Below, one piece after another: positions 1-13,544 of a stretch of 41,704 nt of DNA. How positions within the stretch are numbered: position 1 is the first letter of the stretch; the number at the start of each line of letters is the position of its first letter. The notes under the pieces were generated by a model that did not search any database, was not told where the DNA came from, and was given only the letters and a program-made list of their open reading frames with translations. Source of the DNA: Sphaeroforma arctica JP610. Lineage: Eukaryota. Both the position numbers and the translations under genes were made by a program. The stretch covers positions 25,322-67,025 of the forward strand of contig NW_014040290.1 in assembly GCF_001186125.1 (NCBI RefSeq), given 5' to 3'.

Positions 1-21
1 TTAAAGTTAAGGTAATAAAGT

Positions 22-69
<48 letters not shown>

Positions 70-787
70 ATATATTCACATTTGTATAAGCTGCATCCTC
101 TGTTTACCTTCATAAATTGTAAGAAAATTGATTCCACAATCGTATTCACACTTCGGTGAACCTGTTTGACATTATACTTTGCTTTTCAAAAACAATTACA
201 TATGCGGCTGATTCATGATCATTTTGATAACTACTACGAATGTGTGTTCACCTATCCGCACTTCAACGTTTCAATTAGTGAAGAATGTATGCCTCCCTGT
301 ATGTTAGCGTAAAAATTCTATATGGAAATGTCCACATACATGAACGCAGGTTTTCACACAAAACAAATCGTTGAACACGCCCTATTTGTTATATGTATTG
401 AATTGTATGTATATGTTATCCGCTTATAGTATCGGGATTTATAAGATCTCTACCTGCTATCAAATGTAAACATGTATATAGGATATTCACTTCTCAAACT
501 GGCATGATCAGTCTGTTTATACGATTGTAGACATTGGCATGGAAAGTCTAAAGTACATCCTAAATGTACCGCAACACCTATCTGAAGGTATAACTGAGTA
601 GCCGCATTGATTGGGTCTTGCCATTGCAATGTCAACCTTTCAAAACAGCGTCCTTCCCGCCGACTAACATTTTCTACGATGGCATTGTCTTGTTTCTTTC
701 AACAGCCCTCGCTTCAATTCAAGCGCAGCCGTCACAGCCTGTCAGCAAAACAGTGCAATCCGGAGTGGTAACCAGCATTGTCACAGA

Positions 788-858
788 TGCAATATAGCCC
801 TATTGCGCCCCAAAGGTCACGGGTGCAATATAGCCCTAAATTGCCTAAAAGGTCGCAC
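788..858 (+). repeat. Two-copy ~36 bp direct repeat (TGCAATATAGCCCTA...AAAGGTC) about 100-160 bp upstream of the RING-PHD start
   Basis: TGCAATATAGCCCTA occurs at 788 and 824, each followed by AAAGGTC. A regulatory role is not demonstrated. Confidence 0.6.
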
Positions 859-951
859 TCCCAAGCCTTGCACTTCCAGTTTCGCTGGCATGAAGCCGTT
901 CAGCTGTAGGGTATAGTCTGCGGATCAAGCCAGGCTTTGTACTCACGGGAT

Positions 952-3900
952 ATGGGGGGCGCCGGAGTGGACTGTCCAATCTGCCTCGATGATCCTGGGC
1001 TGCAATGGGGGGGTCTGCGGGGGTGTTTGCACAAGTTCTGTCTCCTCTGTATCGAGACCTGGGCGGAGAGTAGTACCGCGTGCCCTATGTGCCGGACACC
1101 TTTCGAACATATCGATGTGTATGGTGGTCGGGTCGACCAGAGATCGTTGCTGCGTACTATACATGTGCAACAGAAGCAGTTCGCCGCCGACCCCGAAGCC
1201 GATGACTTAGCTGAACACGGTATGTGACTGGTGTTGTTATTGTGAGGCAGCTATTGGTGAGGCTATGTTACCACTGTTTGTCAAACGGCCACTTGCGTAT
1301 GCCGAGAGTGTTGTCTGTGCGTGAGTTGAGTGTCACCCCCTTTTCTTTCATACGTAACGATGCTTTGGTTTACCTTGTGATGCGTCAGCCAAAACTTGGG
1401 CACCTCCCCAGTGCACGAGTGTATCGCCGTATTTGAGATGGCTTCGCCTCGCGTACACGTGGCGTGCTCCTCACTACCACCGTATTCAAATCAGTGTATC
1501 TACCGTACCCAGTCTGATGTGTCCCGTTCCAAACTGATTCGACCTGACTACCCTTACAGTGCGAAATGCGGCGTGCGAAGTCTGCCGGTCGAGCGAGAAT
1601 GAAGCCGAACTTCTGCTGTGCGATGGAGTCCTCGCGGACGGTAGCATGTGCCCCAGGGCTTATCACATGCTCTGCGCAGGCCTGGACGATTTGCCCCCAA
1701 TGGAGGAAGAGTGGTTCTGTCCCAATTGTGTGGCCAGGCTGTCGAGAGGCGGTCCCCGTCCGGCATATGAGGACAGCCCCGTCACCACTGAAGGTCCGAA
1801 GCATGAGTTCCGGTCGGCTGTCCGGGAGAGTCGCGATGAGACTCTGGATAGGAATGGATACGTCAATGACGGCTGGATGGTGAGTGACGACGAGGTGGAG
1901 TACACCTCCGGCGCCAGCGACACCGATGACGATAAAGGCAGCGGCAGTGCGACTGACTCTGAGGTGGATAGTACCAGTGACAGTGATGACAGTACGAGTG
2001 AGATTGACGAACCCAGCAATACAGATGGAGATACACCCAGACGGGGCCTGCGCAACGGGCCTAGGGTGACGTCCACTCACTTCAGCAGCCGACCGGATAG
2101 TCCAGGGACCTCAAGTGGGCGTATTAAGACGGGGAGTGGTAGGGGTAGGGGCGTTGTTGCTTCTGATTCGGAGGACGAATCTCTGACTAGCCTCGAGTCC
2201 GAGAGGGTGGCTAGGCTTAGTGCGTTGCTGCAAGAGCGTGTGCGCAACCTTCCGCCAGAGCAGCGCAAGTCGCGGCCAAAGCCCAAACCCAAGGCACCCG
2301 TGCGTAAAACAAGGCGGAAACGCAAGGCACCAAAGAGGACTACCACGAAGAAGGGCAAAAAGAAAAGGAAGACGACGCCTAAGCCACGTGTGATTGAAAA
2401 GAAGAGCACGCGCATTGGGTTGGATCTGCAGTCTTTTGCTCGGAGTGGATCGAACGCCAACGGATATAGCACTACGGCTCGTGCACACCGCATGGCCAAA
2501 TCGTTTGCTAAACACTCGCAGAACGCAGAAAGGGCACTTCAAGAGCGGTGGGAGAGTGCTGCGAAGGCCGAAGAAGCTCTGAAGAATCGCCCCGTGCAGC
2601 CCAAGGGTTTCTTTGCGAGTTTAGGCACGAGTTCGTCTGGTTTGGGGCCCAGTAGTCGTGGTCAAATGGGGGGGTTGTTTGCGGGGTCTACTGCGCATGG
2701 ACCGGAAGGAGACAAACACGGGGGAATGAGTGCAGGGCAATCGCCTGGTACGTCCACCAATCGCACGGCACGGAATGCCAAAGTGGTTAAGAGCACCAAC
2801 GCTGTGAACCGGAAACTGGCCGAACTCAGAGAAGAAAGCCGTGGCGATGGTAGTGCGACCCAGGTAGAGAAAACTGCGGTCAAGGTAGAGGAGTCTGTGG
2901 TCAAGAGGGAAAACTGGGATGGTGTTGGTGTTCGTGCGACTACCAGCAGGACTGTGAATCCGGGCCGGAATCCCGCACAACCCAAGAAGGATAGATTCGA
3001 TAGTTTGGAGAAGTTTGGCTTTGTCACCAGCACCGCGAAGAGCGAGACTCAAGCTGTGCGAACATCCACGACCGATAGTAGACGTACCAGTCTTCACACA
3101 ACTGCACACCCAGCCACGTCGGGTCTTGACTCCACATCTCGGGCCAGTGCGAATAAGGATAGAACTAAAGCCGCTGTTCAACCATCATACACGTACGCAC
3201 CCAGTTGGGTTACGGACACGTCGCGATACAGCGTTGAAGCATCCTATAAAGCATCTGATCGGATACCTGGTAAGACTCTGCGCTACGGCACGGCTGTCAA
3301 GAATAGTGGGCAGGACAAGACCACAACCACTGTGGATAGTGGTAAGGAAGTGAGTGCTCCGGTTGAGGGTAACAACGCGCAGTTTAGAACCTTTGCAGCG
3401 ATGAATCGAACGGATAATGCGCAGCCAGGGCACTCGCTATCTGACCAGTTGGAGCGTGCATTGGAGGCACAGAAGCGACCTGCAAAGGCAGCAAGAATGG
3501 ATACCGAAGACGAGCAGCGCCGAAAAAGGATGGAGGAGTGGATGAAAACGAAGATGCGCATGCACATGGGGGAGAAGCCTTCCGAGGAGAAGACAGACCA
3601 CAATGTCAGGGCACGGAACTATAAGAGCAGTATTCTGGAAGGGGTGGACGGACACACGGTACGCTCTGGGAATCGATTCTGCACGACATCTACAAGCCCA
3701 ACAGCGCCGGGGAGGGCACAGGGAGCGACACATGGTACATATGACAGTCGACGGAAGCCTGTGGGTGTTAAGTCGGAGCCGCGTGCAGAGCCTACTAAGC
3801 ACCCGCATAGTGAGAAGCCTGCTGCGACCTTCAGGGATTACAATAGAGGACTCGCGGGAGATATGGTTGATGCGGAAAGAAACATCCCTGACATGAAGCA

Positions 3901-5742
3901 GGAGGCAAACGTGGTTGGATTGGAGCTTGATGCGGAGCCCAGCACACATGCACATGCCTATCCTAGAAGGAAACCTTGTGACGCAAAGCAACCAACGATT
4001 GATGGGAAAGTAGAGCCTTTGGCAAAGCGCTGTAGGTACACATCTCGTGAGCAATCTGTATCGCCAGAGGTGTTTCCTGGTGAGGTTTATAGAAGGATTC
4101 GCATCAGTACTACAGGGACAATTCCTGGCATCAAACAGGAGGCAAGCGTTACGAAAATGGAGCTCCGAGAGGAACTTGGTACACACGAGCACCGTGATCA
4201 ATCTGCATCGACACGTGAAATCAAGATGGAGAAAGGTGCTGGCAATAGCCAAGAGATGTCTGGAAGTGGAAGAAGGGTAACAGATATGAAAGCGGCACCA
4301 CGTACAGCGGGTCGTACACACACGCGTAGTGTAAAATCTTATTCGAAGAACACATGGTGTGATAATCTATTCAGTGACGGTGACTCCGGATCAGATGGTA
4401 AACTCAAGAGAAGGAACAGAAACTCGGACAGTCGCGAGGCGAAGGGTCGATTTCGTGTACCCTCATCGAGTGAATCGGAGGGCGAGGATGATGTTGTTGT
4501 CCAGCGAAAAGGGACAAAGCGGAAGCGCTTGCTTTCAGCGAGCGACAGTGATAGCGCGGATGAGAATGGGCTTGCCCAGGTCAAATGCGCAGGTGTCTCT
4601 CAGGTAAGTAGTTATTTGTAGCAATTCTCTAATTTTGGAAGACAATAAAGTCCAATCTGAGCATGTGGTGTAATGATTCTCTGCACCCATCCGTCATTTG
4701 AAGACTTGTGCGGTAATAAGTTTGATATTCAACTTGCTCTCGTACCGTCTTGCATGATAGCTTTTGGCAAATATCGTATCTGACGCCTGTCACCATCTCC
4801 ATGGCAGAGTTTTTTGCGCTCAATCGCAAAAGTGGCTGCAGATCCAAGCCGTGGTGTTACTTGTAGTTGCTCATATGTGGGTAGTACGGGGCAAAAGATC
4901 ACAAATGCGGTTCATGTTCAAAATTGTTGTCCTTTTCCTGATTTCATGATTCTCACTCACTTTAACATTTAACCCTCTAGGCCACGAATTCCGACAAATG
5001 CCACACGCGCAGATCAACTGATAACCTGCACGATGCTGACGCATATGCTCCGGGGAAGAAGGAAAAGACCTCTCTTTTGCCCAAATCAAACGCTGCACCC
5101 TCTAGCAGCAGTAACTCGAATACCGAGCGGGCCATCAAGTCGGAGATTTCCTCGATGTCGAACACGAGGGTAGTTATTGACTTGTCAGGAGATAGTGATG
5201 AATGCGCACAGCCTTCATCGATATTTAAAAAGAAGGGAGTTACAGGCACAGGTGCTACACTGCACGATAAGACACGAGAACAGAGGTGGACATCTCTTGC
5301 TCAAGGCTCGGAGGCTAAGCCAACGGCAGCACGCCCAAAAAGATCTTTGGCGCTTTTTGATACCTCCAATGATTCACGGTCAAGTTCACCAGTAGTCTGT
5401 CAGGACTGTGAGAACAATTGTAGCTCGCGTAGAGGCGTGTCCGTGTGTAATCATAAAACTATTGGCAAAGGTTTAAATGGTGCAAATAGAGAGCTATCAT
5501 CGGGTAGAGCAGCTCTGAGGAAATTGAACATCATCAGGGGCGTAAAGGAACAGATACGAGCCGGTGCGAGTTCTGGAACTGCAAAGGGTAGCGGATTAGA
5601 CTGTGCACGTGCACATGCCTCTATGCAAACAGACAATCAGAAATCAGATGCGAATGATCCGTATGCGAATAAGTACTTCGCGCACAACCGCATGGCGACG
5701 CCGCCACCCAAACTTAATAGGTTTTGCTTTCAGCGAAAATGA
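952..5742 (+). CDS. RING (C3HC4) + PHD finger protein with long low-complexity tail, PHRF1-like N-terminal architecture; exons 952-1219, 1560-4603, 4981-5742 (~1357 aa)
   Basis: Exon 1 encodes CPIC..CLHKFCLLC..CPMC (RING-HC). Exon 2 starts CEVC..LLLCD..C..YHMLC..WFCPNC (PHD C4HC3). GT-AG junctions (GTATGT 1220/TACAG 1559; GTAAGT 4604/CTCTAG 4980) keep the frame through ORFs 937, 1559 and 5077. The start ATG at 952 is inferred. Confidence 0.85.
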
Positions 5743-8700
5743 GCAGACTCACATGCTAAATTAAATAAATCACAGTATATTCCACCAGCCTGGAACTTAA
5801 ATGTGTTCGTGGCTTCTTTTATTAGTCTAATTATTTTAGTTCTTTGAGCTCGCGCACACAAAACTGATGTGGTGTTGAATGTATTGATATCAAGTGCTGA
5901 GTACTGCAATCTGGCTTACACAAGCGTAAAAATAGAGAGACAAAGTTAATAGCTATATCATCATGGGGGACGATACCACTCATAGCCGACAAGCGTCATC
6001 TCCGGATTGTCGTGCAATCATGTCAGGTCATTGCGGATGTATGAGATGGCTCATGCTCCTCAATGATGGCTCAACTTCAACCAACTTGTTCGATAATTGG
6101 GAACTACACACAAATGCTTGTTGTAAAATTGATGCAAATTACAAGGACCCCTAAACCCCCATTTTTCTGCAACTCCAGGTCTCCAGCACATAAATTTATT
6201 GGTTCGGCGACCATTTGACTTACAACTTAAGACTACCTGCCGACACAAAACGATCTATACCATCGTGATGTACAACTGCTGAACTCCTTGTAGATCACCT
6301 AGGCTCTTCGAAAATCGCCACAGTTTTAGAAAATAACTTCCCTTTTTGTACATGTTGTCTCTTTATTGATAGCACGCAATTCGACAAGGAATACAATATT
6401 GAACTTCCTGTATTGAAGTTTTTGAAGGACGGCACGCTCTATGGACTTGGAATACGGCTCTGTTATACAAGTCAGTTTATATCATCTACATTCCCGGTCA
6501 ATGATTGCATACGGCTTCACTCGTTTGTAACACGAATCCCTTAAAACGCGGAAGAGATAGTTGCGACAATACAAAAACTCCGAAATCTAAGACACTTGTA
6601 TACAGTACGCAGTTCGATAATAACCCTCCTCGCGATCTTTCCGCGTTACTTCTCTGCTGAGACTATTGCTCTAAACGCGAGAATCATCCGTAGTTCAGGA
6701 ATCGTTAAAGTTATCTGTATTTGAAATTCGTCGTATTGTTATATCATGCACTGAAAGAATTTACGATAAACAAACGTCTTTGATTTTCGAAGACCTTGTT
6801 TGAGATTCTTAGCAATTTAATTGGACACAAAATGGTGATAGTAAGAGTGGTGGCTGTGGTGCTATGCAATAAAAACCGATATTTCACAAAGTGCCGCGAG
6901 CGAATGGTCTTCGAAGCTTTGTGTCCTTTTAGCAGAAAAATTAAGTTTGATAGCGAATAAAAAAGTATTCCCCTTTCTCCGTCCACACTACTGGCCTGAA
7001 TCCAATGATTTTGAGTTGAATTTATACAGCAACTATCACTGTGGGAACCTATGCACCCTTCAACAACTCTCAATCACTAGAAAAAGAATATTAATAATGA
7101 CATATTCAATTCAGAAAATACACACTTGGGAACAAAATGATTCGAACTATGATAGCATTCGCGAAGCGCCCCCAGTTTTGTATCATAGCGCTTACTGCCC
7201 TACTAGCACTCGGTCAACAGCTTAAGTCTCTACACTCGCCAATTGTGAGGCATAGTCCCACATTGAGAACCTTCGCGTCTTCAGTTGGCGAGCCTGTGTT
7301 TGGGATGCAGGTTATAATTGCGGTGGTTCCATTTTGTTTGTCAATTCGGTTTGAATGTCTTTGATACTCGTCTTTGATATCTGATTAAAACACCACACCG
7401 TTTTGTTGCTTTCAGGACGCTAAATTCTGTCACAATCGCAAGCCTTCCCATTTCGAGACACAAAGTAAGACCGTACCTAGTTTAAATGACACAGTTTATA
7501 GTTATCTTGTGTTAGACAGATTGCAGAAGTAAATTTGATTTATAGCCCTCAGAGAACAAATATTTTCGACAATGGAGAGCAAATTATTTTTGCCTATTAT
7601 AGTTTTCAGGGCGATCTACTATTGTATATTGCCCTACTTTAGAATAGTTTGGATCCTTCATCAACCGAGACGAAGAGCGTTGTATAATTAACATAGTATT
7701 TAGAAAACTAAACTCGGCCCATTTTAGTGTTGAGTTAGATTCTATCATATATAGTGCAAGCGTCCAAGGTCACGGATAAAAAAATTGCCGCTAACGTATC
7801 TACCGTGTATCGAGCTCCAGGAATGGCAAGCTACTAATGAATCACAAAATCCCTTTTAGGCGACAAATTTTGAAGAACAATATATATTGCACATCCTTTA
7901 GTTGATTGTGTATTAATTGCGAAATGTGTAAGTTGTGGAGTCAGTATCTGTAACCTATGACATGAACGTTTAACATTTCAATCTTCCGACATAAAATGGT
8001 TTAACGAGATCCTATTTCAGCAATGAGCTGGTCAGTTGGTGTCACTTGAATAAAAGATTTGGAATGGTACCAATACTACACTTAGTACAATCACTATAAA
8101 TTATTATTCGTTTTTGGTAATATATCTGACACCATTGTGCAGCAGCTGCAACTTGTTTTAATATCGACAATAGCTAGCGGGTGATATTTCCTTTTCTGTA
8201 AGTGTGATTATATTATATGTAACGTAGTTTAATCAGTCCTGCTACTTTCGAATACAAAGACTATTGTACGATATAATCGTTCGACGTTTTTCCAAATTTG
8301 ACTCTCTCGATGGGTATTTTATGTTATGTCTAAAACTGCCCCATTTTGAGTGATGTGTATTAACAAAATCTAAAACCTCTTGTGATATAGGGTTTTTAGA
8401 TAGGTCAAGTATTTACTCTGAACATTATGACATTTACAAAATTTGGAGACTGTAAGTAGTAGTCCTTTATACTACAACTAATCACAAATATTGCTATCCA
8501 ATTTTACTCGGATGTCAGCGCCCGAAAATCGTTGCAATATTGGCAAACGGCTATCGAGTGGCAAAGTATTTATCTGTCAGTGTATTTGCATGTAATGTTA
8601 ACCTAACCAATGCTGATTTCATCTATTACAACGGCTTTTGTGCAAAATGCATGGTTCGCCGGTTTCCCGCTTCTTAAATCAGCCGGAGAATTCCTAGCAT

Positions 8701-8891
8701 AAACTATTTGTCCTCGACGACTGTCGTGCTTTTTTTTTGTCAATATTGAGTGTGCTTGGACACAGATCACTAAATAGCGATTATTTGGATTAGTAGATCT
8801 GCGATTATTTGGATCAGCAGATCTTAGAAACCATATCTACGTCCAATTGAGTTTATCAACATGATAAGATCAAGTCGTAGATGGTATATTT

Positions 8892-9613
8892 AAATCGACT
8901 TAGTCATGAAAAGATCCGTGTGATCGAATCAGTATAGAAAGACTTGTGACTATAGGTATTGGACTTGGTAGTACTTTGAAATAAACATAGTATAACAGTC
9001 GAATAAAAAAGTTAGGTATGCCTCGTAAAATAGCAGTCCTCTGAGGGATAGGAAGACTGCGACATTCCCCACATAAAATCCTCTCATATACTTATTCGCC
9101 AAATAAATTTTAGTTTAAAGTGAAGGAAAATATTCAAATCGACTTCATGAGAAGATCCGTGTGATCAAAATAGTACAAAAAGACTTGTTACTAAAGGTGT
9201 TGAACTTAATTGTATTTCGAAATAAACACGGCATAAAAGTCGAAAAAATAAAGTTAGGTAGGCCTCGTGAACTAGCAGTTACTCTGTGGGATTGTAAGAC
9301 TGGGACATTCCCTAAATATATTTCTCTTATATACTAATTCGCCGAAGGGATTTTAGTAAATAGTGAAGGAAAATATCAAATCGACTTCATGAAAAGATGC
9401 GTGTGATCGAAATAGTATAGAAAGACTTGTTACTAGAGCTATTGGACTTAATAGTATTTCGAAATAAGCATGGTATAATAGTCGAGAAAAAAAAGTTAGT
9501 TAGGCCTCGTGAACTAACAGTACACTGTGGGATTGTACGGCTGCGACATTCCCTATATAAACTCCTCTTATATACCAGTTCGCCGAAGGGAATTTAGTAA
9601 ATTGTGAAGGAAA
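8892..9613. repeat. Three-copy diverged tandem repeat, unit ~243 bp
   Basis: Units start with AAATCGACTT at 8892, 9136 and 9378. Each contains AAGATCCGTGTGATC-like, AAGTTAGG..GCCTCGT, GACATTCCC and GTGAAGGAAA blocks. Confidence 0.92.
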
Positions 9614-10199
9614 TGAAAATTAACAGCAGAATATTTCATAGGATGAATAGAGAACATTCCTGTAGGTGTGTATGTACATTTAGAGACTATCCCATCTTAG
9701 CCATGTACATCGAATTGTGTCGGTTGTGCAACCTATGTTGTACTCTTTACTAGTACCTGTCGTTCTGGATTGCTGCCTGCCGTCCTAGACTGTAGCCCGC
9801 AATCTCATTGGATGACACATGGATATTTGATAGTGTACCATAGATTTCTGACGGCAGTTCTTAAGCGTTCCACAGTATTTCAGCAATGGTCGGGCCGGAA
9901 TGGTTGGACCTACAATTAACAAAAGCAACTTCATCCAACTTTTATGGAGTTTTCTAGATTCTGCAAGTTCCGATTTGTAGATAATCAATGTGTTTCCACC
10001 AAAACATAGCACATACATACATACACAATTACTCGTTTTTAAGTGACTTTGTGAACACCAAGGTATACGATGGCCCCCTCGCATGCTATTCTCGCCCGAC
10101 AAGCAAAGAATTATAAGGATTTCCTGAAGTATTGGAAACCAGATCATGATTGGGATGCGCACGAAATTTTTTTATCCCAACACAGATACCACTACAGCA

Positions 10200-11883
10200 T
10201 AAGATAAATTACTTCTGTCTACTGGTATACGGTAGTGAAACCCCTTGTCCTAATGATCACCTACTCTATTTCCTATTATATGCCTTGTATTGTCAACGAC
10301 TGGGATCCAGTTGATATGAAGGGAAATCCTACAAGATCAACAAATGTAAATAATTTACTTGTATCCATAGAGAGGGCAGAGCTCAAGGGTAAGGGAAAGG
10401 CAAATGCTGCTAAACATCCTGTGGAGTATGACAATTTTCGCAAATTCTTGCTGTAAATTCAGAAGACTGGCGTTTCCAAAATAGTGGTTTGCATGCCCTT
10501 TGGACCTGGACTTGACCTGGACTTTTCAACTTATTTGTCAGATAGATGATGTAACAAATATAAAATTTGTGGATTTAAAGCCCAAGACAGCCAGCATCAG
10601 CTTATTTTTGTGACTTTAGTTCGAAGTAAAGATCTTCGAGAGAAGGGCAGTAACCACACAAATTTTACTCGGCTATATGGATTCTCATCCGTGCGCTCTA
10701 AGAGCCCTAGCCGCTCACCTTGTTGAGCGCATGCTAGAACGAACTATTGTGCACCAATTGGATTTGGGTTACCTGTGTACTTTAAATGATACTGTGGGGC
10801 GTGATGATAAAGTGAAATCAGATGTGGCTAAAATGGCAATAGTTTTTAAAAAGTACGTCTTGAGATCTTTGTGGCACAAGGCGATGTCGAGGAAATTGGT
10901 ACTCACAGACTCAGGAATGTTCGTGCACATATGCACAGAGGCGCGGGCGCACAAAGGATGATGCAGAAAACTCATACTGCAGTTTCAATTTGAGCGATGA
11001 AGAGTTTGATTTGGTAGTACCAGGTATGTGGGATTTACCAGGCTTCCGTATTCAGCACAAGAGAATATTTGCTATCAGTGGACTATACCTTGGCATAGCT
11101 GAGAGTATATTGGTACCTGCAGAGTATCACAAATACTACGATGGTATGGTGAGACATTTATTTCCGGATATCAGCGATGAAATTTTTAGATTGGTAATAT
11201 TACGTCGACCTGCTGTTGTCATTCGAGCCGGAGACGATGGCTTTAGAGTACAAGAGATTGGCGGTGCCGAACAGAACACTGATAATAATCTTAATAATCT
11301 CAATATGCATTATATGCAAAACCAGATAGTAGCTTTGGATGCAGGCATCACTCTTCTGAAATGTATGATAGAAGGCATAAAAACAAAGATCGATCAACAT
11401 CATAATGTTTTCAAGTATAGTCACAGAGGACATGATGGGCGATTTAACATACTACGACTCTCAGTGCAAGCTCGTACGAATTATCCGAATAACAACAACG
11501 CAACAGGAAACACTGGCCCAGCCAACACCCAGAATGGAGCAAGGGATAACTTGGAACATGATGATATGCACCACCCCCATGACAGTCGTGAGGCTTGCCT
11601 GAACAAAGGAATAAGGACTCTATGAAAATTATGGCAGGAGCATGACACGGGACTATATGGAAACAAACCCACATGTTTGTTTACTGACAGTGAGCGAGGT
11701 AAAGTCAAATGCACGTATAGTTTGCGCCTATGCCTTTGGAGAACAATAGAGACGTTGATCGCTAGAAGAACCAGCGCTCAAATTGCTATAGAGAAAATAC
11801 AGGATGCGTACGGTGCAGCTTTATCAGGGACAGCAATATACAGAGCATGTCGCTCTGATAAGGATATGGCAGAGATTAAATAA
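10200..11883 (+). mobile_element. Degenerate Crypton-like DNA transposon: tyrosine recombinase + C-terminal GCR1_C-like domain (frameshifted)
   Basis: Fragments across frames: WDPVDMKGNPTRSTNVNNLL, CQIDDV, SKDLRE..QILLGYMDSHPC, GTHRLR (HxxR, ~10898-10915), TYAQRRGRTKDDAE, then RTL*KLWQEHDTGLYGNKP..FTDSERGKVKCTYSLR..W..IE.LI..AIEKI..YG (GCR1_C-like). Recognised from family knowledge, not a database search. Confidence 0.65.
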
Positions 11884-12066
11884 AGTAAGCCATGAATGTC
11901 TTTTTTTCGATTCACACATTGCAAACCTCGACACAGAGGAAAATCAAGTGTTACAGCTTACGAGATTATATCATGTGAAAGATATGGGCGATTTAAGACT
12001 TTAACAACCTTTTACTTTTTATTCTATGTTTATTAACACTACATGCTTGTCGCAGCAAAATCGGGA

Positions 12067-12070
<4 letters not shown>

Positions 12071-12107
<37 letters not shown>
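12071..12107. repeat. (GT)n microsatellite
   Basis: Pure GT run. Confidence 0.95.
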
Positions 12108-12108
<1 letters not shown>

Positions 12109-13544
12109 ACGTGAGCTTTGAATATAGTGTGTGTAGAAAATATCAAAATATTTTATGTCTCGTGCTGCCTTTTCTTGAAATCAAAACAATGGCCATACCC
12201 AATAGGAATTACACTAGATTACAATTCTCTCTTCCTATTGATCTTCCTAATGTTGTACACAGCGTTGTATAAATAACAGATATTCTTTTATATATTATAG
12301 CATGTATCCAAGGAGCCTTTGAACTGTACCACTACCCTGATATTAATGGATCTACTCTATCTAAAATATTGAGTCGCTCTGTATCATATTATTCACAATA
12401 CAAGACTGGTCTCGGACCTAAAAGAGTACTAGTGTGTAGTAAATAATCACATAACAAGATTTCCTCTTTGAAGAAGAAAAATTCTTCTTGTAGCGGGTAC
12501 CTGACATAGGAGAAGTACATGTTTACGGAGTTCTTTAAAACTGGAATACATTCACTTTTTATATTTATATGTTACAGCATTCATGTACACAGTCCATGTA
12601 CAATTGTTGGAACATTCATGTACACTCTGTGTGTATAAATGTTACAACATTCAAGGTACACTATTATACATAAATATTTCAACATTCATGTACAGAACGT
12701 AAAAGAAATATGGTTTTGATCAAAATAGCCTAGTTTTGGGAATCAGATAACACTGTAGTATACTTTCGAGCTAGGAAACTCTACAGTAGATGGTAGGTGG
12801 GGGGTTTTTTTTTGAAAACCTTAGTTTTCTTTGAAGTCATACAAGAGCAGCATGATCTATTGTGAAACAGGGCAATTGGAGACCTCCTGGCCAGTGAACT
12901 AGATGTGCTTGTCTATGCCAAATTGGGTGAAGAGTCCCGTACCAAGCCCAGCGACTAAATGCACTAGCTTGTGGAATCTCAAATTCTGATACTTGGGAAT
13001 TTAGGAATCTATCATCAATAAAGATAGTTGACTAAACGACTTCTTTAGTAGACTAAGGATCTAAATCTACAGAGCCACCCTTTTTATATGGCCTACCTCG
13101 CCTACAACTCTTTCGCTTCACATCCCTCCTCTGCTTAAATTACCCCCACTTCTCGGTAAATTTCACAGTAATCTCCCGTCCACTTATAACGGACTTCGCT
13201 ACTCAGAGTAACGATTATGTAAAGTCTCCTCCAATCATCAAACACCCAACGGTTGAGTTTACACCTCCCCAATGAACAAGACACGAGTGTAAAGCGTTGA
13301 TTCATTCACTCAACCATTTTCTAAGTTGCGTTTTTCAAAACTGGATTTCTTGCAAACTTAATATTTTTTTCAAAGTCCTCCACCTAGCCACCGAAAAATG
13401 CTCCTCCTCCGACAGCTCTAAGCCATCGTTGACTATCCGAGGCCTTCTCCGGGCAAGGCCAATGCTACAATCTCGAAAAAGAAAACGAAAGATTAAACCA
13501 AATGCTTTGTTCATCAAACCAACCATTTCCCCTGGACGATGAGC

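Noticed and set aside
1385..4607. Numerous antisense and alternate-frame ORFs over the RING-PHD gene
   Set aside because: Shadow ORFs of a GC-richer coding exon with no recognisable motifs.
5960..8770. Short ORFs and coding-like patches downstream of the RING-PHD gene
   Set aside because: No motif could be recognised. Possibly old TE debris but unsupported.
12570..12695. Spaced AACATTCATGTACA repeats resembling a CRISPR array
   Set aside because: Repeats are short and degenerate, spacers resemble each other, the context is eukaryotic and there are no cas genes. It is a decayed minisatellite.
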